Below are positions 12,981-24,199 of a stretch of DNA of 64,000 nt, one piece after another; position 1 is the stretch's first letter, and each line of letters opens with the position of its first letter. A program made the translations under genes and the position numbers. The DNA comes from Carcharhinus amblyrhynchos. Lineage: Eukaryota. Under the pieces are notes generated by a model. That model was not told where the DNA came from. It saw only the letters and a program-made list of their open reading frames with translations, and did no database searches. The DNA lies in assembly GCA_965287045.1 (NCBI GenBank), contig OZ336885.1:40424001-40488000 (forward strand). The letters run 5' to 3'.

Positions 12981-13627
12981 GTAAAGTGTTATAAAATACT
13001 TGTGTTATATATCCTGATTCCTATAAGTTAGAAATAATCACATTTGTTGGAGCTGCTTCAAGTGCATTTCTTGTTGTTCTCAATGTGGCTGATGGATTGA
13101 TAGGCTGATATATTGTTACTTGGAACATGATTGCTCTCCATCACTAAAATGTTGCAGCCCGGAATATATATTCACATAACAATTAGCTCCTAGTCCTTCA
13201 CAAATAATGTAACAATATAATTATGTGTCAAAAAGGTCCTAAAATATACACTACTCTCTATGAATAATAAATTACGTTTTGCTAAATCTATTTCGTACTT
13301 CAAAATGGTCTATCAACTATTGTTGCAAAGAAAACCAGCTTTAAGATTGCTGAAATCATGAAAGATGATAATAGTCCATTACTGGTGACTGTGAAGCACT
13401 GCCATTGTAGCAGATATATCTTTTCCCATCATTGAAGTAATTTTGTCAAAATGCTAGTTGAAGGCATGTGACATTAGTTACTGCTCTGATGGATTAATAA
13501 ACAAAAATATGGCTAAACCAGCACTCAACTGAAGAATTTCTAATAGTTATGCTACGGGGAATTGAGACTTAAATTTGGATCAATGTGCTTGTACTTTGTG
13601 TAAAAATGCTGTTATACAATCTTCTCA

Positions 13628-13932
13628 GGAGTGACATGGTGGCACAGTGGTTAGTGCTGCTGCCTCATAGTGCCAGGGGCCTGATTCAATTCAGCCCTCG
13701 GGTCACTATCTATGTGGAGTTTGCATGTCCCCCTCCCCCGTGTCTGCATGGGTTTCCTCCGGTTTCCTCCCACACTCCAAAGATGTGTGGGTTAGGTTGA
13801 TTGGTCATGCTAAATTGCCCCTTAGTGTCAGGGAGATTAGCAGGATAGAGGGGCTAAGGCCTGGGTGGGATTGTTGTCGGTGCAGACTCAATGGGTCAGA
13901 TGGCCTCCTTCTGCCCTGTAGGGATTCTATGA
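13628..13932 (+). mobile_element. HE1-like SINE
   Basis: GGTGGCACAGTGGTTAG head, GGAGTTTGCATG body, GGCCTCCTTCTG..GGGATTCTATGA tail. Confidence 0.9.
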
Positions 13933-14249
13933 GTGAAATGAGTAAACCTTTCTAAGTGAAAAGGTATGGTAAAGGTTTAGAACTCACTCCTGAAACAGCA
14001 GTTGATACAGCAGCTCAGTGCGGACTCAAAGTGCTACCTCTGTTTCTCTTCCACAGATCCTGCTGAGTTTTTCCAGCAGTTTCTGTTTTTTTATCTGTTG
14101 ACACAGGTTCAGTTGTTAATTTTAGATTGACAGATTTTTGTTGACCAAAGATATTGAGGGATTTTGGGCAAAAGCAGGGATATGGATTTAGTTTGTAGAT
14201 CACCCATGATCTCACTGAGTGGCAGAATAGGGTCAAGGGGTTTTTCCAA

Positions 14250-14418
14250 TATCATAGATTCTACAGTGCAGAAGGAGGCCATTTGGCCCATTGAACCTGC
14301 AATGACAACAATCCCACCAGGTCCTATCCCCACAACCCCACATACTTACCCTGCTGGTCCCACTGACACGAAAAGACAACTTATCATGGCCAACCAACCT
14401 AACCCGCACATCTTTGGA
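14250..14418 (-). mobile_element. HE1-like SINE, 3' half
   Basis: ATCATAGA..CTACAGTGCAGAAGGAGGCC tail in reverse. Confidence 0.85.
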
Positions 14419-14754
14419 ATGCTCCAATTTGTTATACAGCATTTAAGTCATCTGACTGATATAGAACAGTTTTGTTCAAGTTTTTGTGAAACAATATAAA
14501 TTAAGTTGTGAAAGATAGAAGCAGCTCAGAAAACAAAATTAGTGTTTCTGATTGGTGTCATACTTTTAAAGATGTCACAACTTTTCCACCAGTCCTTTTA
14601 GCCTTTGTGTAGTACACTTTTCCAACAGTAGATGTCACTTGTGTTCTTTATTCACAAATGTGCTGGCAATTGCAAATAGTCGTGAGATTATTCATTTACT
14701 GCAATCACAAAAGAACATGAGAAAAAAATCGCAGTTATTAAATACATCTTTGTG

Positions 14755-15335
14755 TTTTTATTCACTCTTGGGGTGTAGTTGTTGCAAGCTAGGCCAGTAT
14801 TTCGTGCCCATCCCTAATAGCCCCTGAGAAGTTAGTGGTGAGCTGCCTTCTTGAATTGCTGCAGTCCATATGGTACAGGTATGCACACAGTGCTTTTAGG
14901 GAGGGAATTCCATGATTTTGACATAGTGACATTGAAGGAATGGCGATATATTTCCAAGTCAGGATGGTGAGTGTCTTAGAGGGAAACTTCCAGGTGATGG
15001 TGTTCCCAGGTATCTGCTACCCTTATCCTTCTAGATGGTAGTGGTCATTGGGTTTGGAAGATGCTGGCTAAGAATCCTTGGTGAGGCCCTGCAGTGCATC
15101 TTGCAGAGAGCACACATTTGTTGTTGCCACTGTGCACAAGTGGTGGAGGGACTGAATCTTTATGGATGGGATTGTCAATCAAGTGCGCTACTTTATCCTG
15201 AATGATGTTAAACTTCTTGAGTGTTTTTGGAGTCGCACTCATCCAAGCAAGTGTAGAGTAATTCGTCCTGTCCCTTGTAGATGGTGGACAGGCTTTGGGG
15301 AGTCAGGAGGTGAGTTACTTTTGCAACTTGCATAA
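14755..15335 (-). mobile_element. LINE family B 3' fragment
   Basis: Reverse-complement homology to 3150-3725; peptide HLLTPQSLSTIYK in the ORF track. Confidence 0.8.
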
Positions 15336-15740
15336 TCTCAATGATTTCTTTCACATTTGGGAGATAAGGCAAAATAATATAGAAGGGATTAAGAATTGCT
15401 CTGGTTGTCCTTGGCAGCAAAATTGTAAATGTGTTTGCAAAGATTTATTCACTCTTTGCAGTGAAGTTGTAAACATTCTTTTAGGAAGTGTTTAGAATAT
15501 TAAACACAGAAAATTTTATGGTATTACAACACATAATGACACAGGAATTCTTGCTCCATGGTATCCAACATACCAGAACTAAATAGGCTTTCAACTTGGC
15601 TGAACATTGCATTAGCTCTCAATAAGACGTGACATTCCTTTGTCTAAAGTATTATGCACAAGAGTGGCAAAAAAAAAATGAAGCTGGGTTGAAAGTCAAA
15701 TGAATCATTCAATTTAAAGTATAGTTGCATTTAACAAACC

Positions 15741-15856
15741 GGCCAATATTTTATGACCTCACTCCGATGAGGCTTGTAAAATCCTACCCGAGGGATCTTA
15801 CACTGCGAGCTTTTCCCGCCCCAAATCCAGGGTAGGCGTGCAGTAAAATTCTGGCC
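15741..15856. mobile_element. Short MITE
   Basis: TIRs GGCCAATATTTTA and TAAAATTCTGGCC. Confidence 0.7.
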
Positions 15857-16180
15857 ATTGTGTCCAATTATGAGAAGCTTGTTCAAATATGGCATACAAC
15901 TGTTTTTTGTATTGTTAAATTATTTTTAATTAGTTAATACACAAAAATACATTGCATATTTCTAAATTATAGATGCAATGGCCCAAATATTTCAGTGGAA
16001 GGCCAATGAATGACACCTGCCATTAGTTAGACTTCCTCTTATCCATTTAATGTGAATGATATTTTACACAGCATGTCTTTAGAAGTGGGTGATAGAAAGG
16101 ACTCTACAGGGCATCTGGAATCTGACAGGGCAAGCAAGTCAACTGTTCAGATTGAAGGATTCTGACATTGGTCTGCTGAA

Positions 16181-16718
16181 GTGGAACTTGGCTATCAGTT
16201 TCTGTTCAGCGATTCTGCGTTGTCATGTGTCGTCAAGGCCGCTTTGGAGAACACTTACCCAAAGATCAGAGGCTGAATGCCCGTGAATGCTGAAACTTTC
16301 CCCAACAGGAAGAGAACACTCCTGCCTGGCAATTGTCGAGCGGTGTTCATTCATCTGTTGTTGTAGTGTCTGCATGGTCTCCCCAGTGTACAATGCCTCA
16401 GGTAAGCGTTCTCCAGGTAAGTGTTGGAGACAATACACATCTCTTTAACCCGTGTTTAACCCTCTCTCCACTCACATTGTCTGTACCTTTAAGACTTGAT
16501 TACCTGTAAAGACTCGCATTCCAACCATTATCTTGTAAATTGAGTTTGTGTCTATATTTGCCCTGTTTGTGAGGACAACTCCCATTCACCTGATGAAGGG
16601 GCAGTGCTCTGAAAGTTTGTGGCTTGTGCTACCAAATAAACCTGTTGGACTTTAACCTGGTCTTGTGAGACTTCTTACTGTGCTTACCCCAGTCCAACGC
16701 CAGCATCTCCACACCATG
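16181..16718. mobile_element. Penelope-like element with inverted 5' segment
   Basis: Minus strand ~16410-16181 encodes PEALYTGETMQTLQQQMNEH..PVGESF..AEQKLIAKF (GIY-YIG C-terminus); plus strand ~16420-16718 is the 3' terminal region, homologous to 54601-54790. Confidence 0.8.
16587..16621 (+). ncRNA. Minimal hammerhead ribozyme motif (Penelope terminal repeat), possibly decayed
   Basis: CAC-CTGATGA-A-GGGGC-AGT-GCTCT-GAAA-GTTT-GTG: core boxes, helix II and short helix I. Confidence 0.6.
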
Positions 16719-16795
16719 GCAGCCATTCAAGAACAGGGACTTCACGCAACGCATTTGAATGGGGAGCAATTTTCACCAAGCTAATGACAGCACAC

Positions 16796-16992
16796 TGTTG
16801 TTATGTGTGTGTCTGATGGAACCACATGGTAAGCTTGGCAACTTAAACACTGAAAGCTCTTTATTGTAGGTTTGCACTGTTCCACAGTCAGATCTAAGAC
16901 TGCACAACTGGGTCCCACGTTGGGAGGAGCTATTCCGCAGGGGTCACCTGACCCACACTCTTAAACGGGTGTATGCGCCCCAGACCACAACA
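16796..16992 (-). mobile_element. Short solo LTR (Gypsy-like)
   Basis: TGTTG...CAACA termini; AATAAA on minus near 16860; flanks CACAC/TACAT are a possible decayed duplication. Confidence 0.55.
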
Positions 16993-17799
16993 TACATTAT
17001 ACACAAATATTTCAACTATCATCCAACTGTAACTTTTCGATTTCTGCATTTAATTATGCACCTGAAGTTGCTGAACCAATGCACTTAAATAACAGTAATG
17101 CAATAACAATAATGTCAATAGTCTCACCATTACCTTGGCAACAACATTTGTTCCAACATGATCTGGCATGTTTGATTATGCTACAGTATCTTCCTGTAGT
17201 CTCCAAGAGGAAATCTAAAATTTTAACTGTTGTCTATTTTCAAATAAACATTTTGGTGTGATTAATAACACCAACTCCTTCATCCTCATTATTTTTTGTT
17301 CAGATAAACTCATCAGCATCCAAATGCCACCTACATTTTTAATGGTACTGGAGACAGAATAGGGTAGGTCACTGTCCACGAGCATTATACATGTAACATT
17401 GTTATTTCAAGGTTTGCTTCACATTGGTCGCAGTTACACTGCATCTAGTGCAAATCTGTGTCAGGATATAACCACAAACTGAGTTTGTGCTTTCCACTTC
17501 AGCAGGCCGGTGTCAGTTATACAGTAGTTTTTATATTACATCGGCACAATAACTACAATGTAACCAGACCACATAAATTGATTTCCTCCTTTGTTGAATG
17601 TTTGGCTGGATTCATTTGTTCGCCAGTTCCTCATTCTCTGCCCCTGCTGGAAGTGTTGGCATAAATGGGGGGCACAATTTCACAACCACAGTCTTTAGTA
17701 TCTCACTCAAATGAGCACTTTGACAAAGAGTGTTTGTATGTTGTGTAACTTGGGATCAGATGGGGGAGGCGGGGGGTAGGGGCGGCAGGGGATATTACA

Positions 17800-18080
17800 G
17801 CTGGAGATATTACAGCTGAGTCTAACCATTTTTTGCACTTTGAGCAGGGTCATTGGACAGGAATCTGAGTTTACTTTCCTTTTACTAACCTAGAGATGTT
17901 GAGGTTAACTGAATCAAACCCCCTTGCTCCTCCTCTCCTCCCCTACCAGCACTTGACCATACACACACCCTGTTACCATCCATGTTAAAATCAGATGAGT
18001 CAGCAAAGTCAGGGATAGAATGTGGCTGGTTTCTGACCTATGTGACCCAGCTGCTCACTGAATAAACTCCCTGAGCCCTC
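17800..18080 (-). mobile_element. Ancient tRNA-type SINE relic
   Basis: Minus strand starts GGCTCAGGG with later CCCTGACTTTGCTGACTCATCTGAT, resembling an old vertebrate SINE head; highly diverged. Confidence 0.3.
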
Positions 18081-19130
18081 TGCTCCTGCATTTTAGTACA
18101 TCACGTTCACTGCTTCCACTCGCCGGATCTTTCATGCGTTCTTGTAGTAATCTTCAGAGTATTTTCATTTGGGGATATCAGAGACCAGAGTATGAATGAC
18201 TGTGAGCTGTTGGACTAACAATTTTAAATTGAAATGGCCCACACTTTTCAATAGCCCACACTTATCAATAGCACCCAAAACCATTTTACATGACTTCAGA
18301 TCTATTTTATACAAAATTATATAGTATTAGCATTTCACAAGTTTGTTAAAGAATGAATGTTGTTTTCCAAAGTTACACAATCATTTCCTGCACTGGTTGC
18401 TCGTAGATTGACTAATGTACTTAATAAATACTAGAAACTATAATAAGCACACTATATTTACTGTGAACTGAATATTGTTTTAACACATTGCTGAAATAAT
18501 GCTTTATTTGCCCTGAAGAAACCCTTGCATTTTATCTATAAGTGATTACACGAGAGGCCTGTACAGGAGAAGAAATCTGCAGTGAAGTGATGTGTTTGCT
18601 GTGTTTATTTTCACCTTGTGTACTTTCAGACTAGACTCTCAACTTTAATAATTCAACATAGCTTTAAGTGATTGATGAAGGAACTTTCTCCCTGGATTAC
18701 TTGTGGCCATTATAAAGAATTTAAATGAAATCAGAAAAGAAGAAAAAACAAAGTGGGCTGGATAAAGCATTTCAATCATGAGACTCTACTAAAATTGCTT
18801 ATAACAGCCATAATAACAGCTTATCCTGTGCTGCTTAGTATTATAATGTTTACACATTCATATTCCTTTACAGAGCATGTAGCATTCACTATACAAGATA
18901 AAGATTTCTGGTCAATGCTTTGCTATAATCAACCAATAACAGTATATTAGAGCAAGATGACGTGATTCGGCTGACAATTTCCCATTTGAGGCTAAGTCCT
19001 GTCCATCTTAATTAACTCAATGTGAAATATTCCAGGACAATGACAATTTCTCCTCAATGCTATAGACTTCACACTCAATATACCAGGAACCCTACCCACC
19101 ACTATACCTGTATGAATTTTTTTAACCATC

Positions 19131-19393
19131 TTTATTTATTTATTAGTATCACTGCAATGAAGTTATTATGAAAATCCCCAAGTCGTCACACTCCGGCACT
19201 GGGGGACAATTTAGCACGGCCAATGTACCTGTAACTAACACATCTTTAGGATGTGGGAGGAAACCGGAGCACCCAGAGGAATCACATTCAGACACTGGGA
19301 GAATGTGCTAACTCCACACAAACAGTGACTTAAGCTGGGAATTGAACCCAAGTCCCTGGCGCTGTGAGGCAGCAGTGCTAACCACTGTGCCAC
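19131..19393 (-). mobile_element. HE1-like SINE variant with alternative tail
   Basis: Same head and body as HE1-like copies but tail GGGATTTTCA.AATAACTTCATTGCAGTG..AATAAATAAA. Confidence 0.85.
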
Positions 19394-19413
19394 TATAACA
19401 CCCTTAACAACAG

Positions 19414-19596
19414 TGTCCAATGTGGGGCATGAAACTACTACCCTGAGATTAAGATGGGATTTTGCAGCCTAGCTCACCCTGAAACCGTAACATCCCACCC
19501 GAGGTCAACGGACTTTCCCACTGTCTGCCTCTCGCCAGCTATGATTCCTGTGGCAGGCCTAAGAGTCTCATGCTCTACCAACTAAGCTTGCATCTT
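19414..19596 (-). pseudogene. tRNA-Lys(CTT) pseudogene interrupted by a MITE
   Basis: Minus strand GCTTAGTTGGTAGAGCATGAGACTCTTA[insert]TTAATCTCAGGGTAGTAGTTTCATGCCCCACATTGGACA; about 26/29 and 28/36 identity to vertebrate tRNA-Lys-CTT as recalled; B box damaged. Confidence 0.8.
19453..19559 (+). mobile_element. Harbinger-type MITE with TAA duplication
   Basis: TAA at 19450-19452 and 19560-19562; homologous to 11911 and 37499 copies; right TIR mostly deleted. Confidence 0.8.
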
Positions 19597-19819
19597 ATGC
19601 TATAGACTGTGGTCACTAAAAATAGAGTTAGCATTGTTAAACATCACGTTGTCCTTTACAGGACCCTTACAAAGGAAGACAGTTAACTCATTATTATGAA
19701 TTAGATTTGAATTTAGATTCTGATGGTCAAATGAAAGTTACCTTCTGTTCACTTTCGACTTTATAACCAAGATCTATACCAGTTTATGGCCAAGACATTT
19801 CCAGAACTACTTTATTATC

Positions 19820-20072
19820 CTTCTTTCAAACCCCTCGATGGACTCTCCCCTCCCTAACTTTGTGATCTTCTCCATTTCAAAACCCTCTTGAAATAGCTAT
19901 GCGCCTCTAATAATGGTCTTTTGTGCATCCCCCAGTTTTGATTGCTTCAACATTGTGGTCATGCCTTCAGTTGCCCAGGCTTGACAATTTCCTCCCGGCA
20001 GCTTTCCACCTCTCTACCCCACTTTCCTCCTTCATCATGTGCCTTAAAACCTATCCCTTTAACTAAGTCTTT
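19820..20072 (+). mobile_element. L2-type LINE 3' relic
   Basis: CCCCTCCCTA..GCCTTCAGTTGCC..CCTTAAAACCTA pattern typical of L2 3' ends. Confidence 0.5.
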
Positions 20073-21095
20073 GGGTCCACGCTAATATTTATACTCCATA
20101 TGAGCCTCTTTCCACTTCTTCTCATCTACCATCAATATACTTTGATATTTCTTTCTCCCTCATAAGCTGACCCTTAAATACATTTAAGCTACTTGCCTCA
20201 GCTGGTAGTGAATTCACTGGTAGTGAATTTCCATGTTTTCACTGGTAGTGAATTTCCATGTTTATCTACAGTATGGGTAAAGTTTCTCCTGAGCTTTCAA
20301 GATTCTTCCTGCTTCAAACATCTTGCTGATTATATTCATCATAAAACATGGCAATATGCTCACAGAATATATGTCACATAAAATGAAATGACATCAGACT
20401 GCAATCAGACCAAATGAGGATTTTAGGAAGGATCATATTTCTTCAAAAGAATTTGAACGCTATTGTAGTCCTTTTAAATTCTATCATGGGATGTGAGCAT
20501 CACTGACAAGCATTTATTGCCTATCTCTAATTGCCCTTGAAACATGATGAAATAAATGTTGATTATGAAAGTCATAATGTGTTGATTTTTTTGTAGTTAT
20601 CTAATTCCTGTTTTTCTTCTGCATTTTATAAATGTGTGGATTAGTGTTCTGATTACACTGTTAATTTAATGATGTGATTTAAATGTCGGGCTGAGCCCTA
20701 ACCCACCTCAATGGACAAGCTCCATTGAGCATTTCCGTGGAGTAATGTCTAGACTGTCATCCAATTAGTATTATCTGGAGGATAATGGGCACCTAGAATG
20801 ATTATAAAATGAGAACCTCACTGGACCGTAGGGACAGTCTCATGAGAAACAACCCAGTATCTAACTTGGGAGTACAGACATAAAATTATTGAGTCAGTTG
20901 GGCAAGGTTTATTTTGAATACTCTTATTCTACTTCCATGTCAGTTGAAGGTCATCACAGGCATGTGATGAGTCACTCCAAATTCTATATTCATAAGTTTC
21001 ATGATGAAGGATGAACAAGTATTACAAATTTTTCAACAGTTGACAACGAGTGATACTTTTTATTGGCACATTATTGGTAACCAGAATTATGTAGA

Positions 21096-21701
21096 ACTGA
21101 ATCTTACCAAAAACTACAGGTGTCAATGCATTTGATTAGCATCATGTATAATGGCTCCTAACTGCATTAGAAGTGGCTAAACAGTGGCAGTGCCACAGTA
21201 GGAGGTGAAAGAAGGTAGGAATCGAGGGAAGAAGAGAACTCTGCATTGGGGTGGGAGCTAGTGGATGGACCAGCACTCAGAAACTGGGGCTGGCCATCAG
21301 GAAGCCAGCTATCCATGCAGTGAGGGTCGGGCCGATGTGTCCAGTGGTGGAGGGGTGGGTCGGGGCAGGGGATGTCCGGAGGTGGGGAATGATGTCGGGG
21401 CATCGGGTCCAGCAATGTCCAAGGTTGGAGGGATGGGGGGTGTCTGGGCCGGCAATGTCTGGAGATGAGTGAGGGGTTTGGGGGGGGTCAGGTCCAGTGA
21501 TATCCAAGGGTGGGGACAGGGGGCTGGAGTCAGCAATTGAGGGGGGTGAGGAGGGAATCTCCCATTTTCCCAGCCGTTGGGATTTTCTGACAATGCTTGC
21601 CTCAAAACTGGAAAATCCCACCTGAGTTCAACGGACCTTTCCATGGTCTGTCCCTTGTCCGTTATGCTTCCCATGGTGAGCAGAATGGGAAAATCCATCC
21701 C
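21096..21701. mobile_element. G-rich non-autonomous element fragment plus short MITE (about 21573-21701)
   Basis: ATCTTACCAAAAA TIR-like start, G-run interior, then MITE with GGGATTTTC / GAAAATCCATCCC ends. Confidence 0.45.
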
Positions 21702-22007
21702 TTAGTGTTTTTTTTCTAGAAAATTGCACCCATAGTTCTCACACTATCACTTGAGATTTAAATTCTGTTAAACCAATGGTGATGATGTTATCATCCAACT
21801 TGAGTTAACCTCCTTCAATCTATGGTTCACAAAGACATGCTTCGAGTCAGCACGCAGCACTTGATGGTGGAAAATATGCAACTGACTTTACATAGAACAG
21901 ATGTTTGCCCTGACCACACAAAATGAATTACTTTGCTATCCTTTGAGCGCTCTGAGGAATTATTGTAATCCTCCGACCTTTGAACAGCATGGTACACTAT
22001 ATCTTGT

Positions 22008-22410
22008 CCATATTCTTTCTGGTTGTATCACAGCTTGGTATGGCTCCTGCTCAGCCCAGACTACAAGAAACTATGAAAGGTTGTAAATGTAGCCCAATCC
22101 ATTATGCAAACCAGCCTCCCATCCATTGACTCTGGCTACACTTCCTGCTGCCTCGGAAAAGCAGCAACTATAGTTAAGGACTCCACATGCCCCAGACATT
22201 CTCACTTCCATGTTCTCCCACTAGGAATGGAGCTACCTTGCATTAGGTTGATCTTTCTCTACACTCTAACTATGACTGTAACACTACATTCTGCACTCTC
22301 TCGTTTCCTTCTCCATGAACAGTATGTTTTGTCTGCATAGCGCTCAAAAAACAATACTTTTCACTGTATGCTAATACATGTGACAATAATAAATCAAAAT
22401 CAAGTCAAAT
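22008..22410 (+). mobile_element. Rex1/Babar-like LINE 3' end
   Basis: ILSGCITAWYGSCSAQ then QTSLPSIDS.YTSCCLGKA peptides; tail GTGACAATAATAAATCAAAATCAA. A second 3' piece lies at 53255-53430 (minus). Confidence 0.75.
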
Positions 22411-22514
22411 ATGAAAGGCATGTAGACTTCTCTTCCTGAATGCTTTGATAACAGTCAATATAAACAACAATATTTGTTAATTTCAAGGACAAAATTCTTA
22501 ACCAACATTTCTTT

Positions 22515-22975
22515 GAATCACAGAGTTATAGAATCCCTGCAGTGCAGAAGGAGGCCATTTGCCCATTGAACCTGCACTGGCAACAATCCCAACAGTGGTT
22601 TTGTTGAACAAATGGTGTAATGTTGCGACAAAGGATTCAAAGGTTGTGACAGTGATTTAGAAAATTGTGACAATGGGTTCAAACGTTATGACAATTGACT
22701 GTGACCGAATGTTCCAATCTGCCGAGCTGGCCAGACACTTGATCCAGACCCAAAAGACGATCCCCTATCCCTGTATTCCCACATATTTACCCTCCAAGTG
22801 GCCATAACACTAAGTGGCAATTTAGCATAGCCAATCCACTCAACCGGGGAACCCAGAGGAAACCCATGCAGACACAAGGAGAATGTGCAAACTCCACACA
22901 AACAGTGATCAGAGACCAAAATTGAAACCAGGTCTCAGGCGGTATGAGGTAGTAGTGCTAACCACTGTGCCATCC
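22515..22975 (-). mobile_element. HE1-like SINE containing an unrelated ~170 bp insert
   Basis: Tail at 22515-22590 and body/head at 22760-22975. Confidence 0.85.
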
Positions 22976-23049
22976 TGAATTTCTTGAATTAACTGTTACC
23001 AAATTCTTTGAGGCGTATACCTTGTTAACCACTGCCTTCCAGTACTAAT

Positions 23050-24060
23050 TATTTGCAGATGGTGTATAATGTGGAAAAATATGAACTTGTCCATTTTTTT
23101 AGGAAGGGTAATAAAGCAGTATATTATTTAATTGGAGAGAGGTTGCAGAACTCTATCTTGCAGAGGAATCGGGGTGTCCTTGTCTATGAATTGTAAAAAG
23201 CTGGCTTTTTGGATGATTCAGAACGTGAATGGGACATGTTATTTATTGCAAGGAATATTTATTTTATTTGTTTGTGGGATGTGGGTGTCACTGGCTGACC
23301 GAGAATTTATTCATCACTCCTGAGGGCAGTTGACAGTCAACCACATTGCTGTGGATTTGGAGTCACATGTAAGCAAAACCAGGTAAGGATGGCAAATTTC
23401 CTTCCCTAAAGGACATAAGTGAACGATATAGGACTTTACAGTAATCAAGAATGGTTTCATGACCTTCATTAGCCTCTTAATTACACATTTTTATTGAATT
23501 CAAATGTCACCATTTGCCATGGTGGGATTCAAACCCAGGCACTAAGCTGGGTCTGCGGATTACTAATAATAATAGTACTATGCCACTTTCCCTACAAGTA
23601 GGGAAATGTTGCTGCAGTTGTAAAGGACATTTTCAGACCACATTTGGAGTTCTCTATACAGTTTTGGTCTCCTTATTTAAGAAAGATATAATTGCACTAG
23701 AAGCAATGCAGAGGTTTACAGACTGATTCCTGTATTGGAAGGGTTGTTTTATCAGGAAACATTGGACAACCTAAGATTGTATCCATTGGAGGTTAGTTGA
23801 CTGCGAGATGATCTTATAGAAACATAAGATCCTGAGGGGTACTTGACAAGGTGGATGCTTAAAAAATGTCACCCTTTGTGGGAGAAACTGAAGCAAGGGG
23901 ACACGGTTTAAAAATGGCAGGTCTTCTATTTAAAAAGGACATGAGATTCTTTTTAGAGAGTTTTTAGTTTGTGGAATTCTCTTCGGCAGAGAACAGAGGA
24001 GGCAGGGTCATTGAAAAGTTTAAGGCTGAGTTCAATGACTTCTTGACTGACAAGGCAGGT
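23050..24060 (+). mobile_element. Decayed CR1 3' fragment, interrupted by SINE family 2
   Basis: Homologous to ORF2 C-terminus (KKDIIALEAMQRFT; GTGGAATTCTCT). Confidence 0.75.
23262..23592 (-). mobile_element. SINE family 2 copy
   Basis: Collinear with 12635-12980; B box GGTTTGAATCCC on minus. Confidence 0.8.
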
Positions 24061-24199
24061 CATCTCAGATTAATTTACTTATGATAAAATCTTGTGGTGT
24101 CAGTTTAAAATGCTAGATTCGGAATCTGTTACAAATGCATAGCCAAAAGTATGTCATTAACGAGCATGATTCAGCTTGGAGACATGTTGCTAATGGCAT

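Noticed and set aside
13628-13710. SINE heads as functional tRNA genes
   Set aside because: They continue into SINE body and tail and lack a complete cloverleaf.
20201-20262. Triplicated CTGGTAGTGAATT
   Set aside because: Ordinary slippage duplication within a decayed CR1 piece.
20707-20729. 9-bp hairpin CTCAATGGA/TCCATTGAG, and similar 7-8 bp stems at 25309 and 46793
   Set aside because: Short enough to occur by chance in 64 kb; no supporting context.
22621-22700. CRISPR-like periodicity
   Set aside because: Contiguous degenerate tandem units with no spacers, eukaryotic context, no cas genes.
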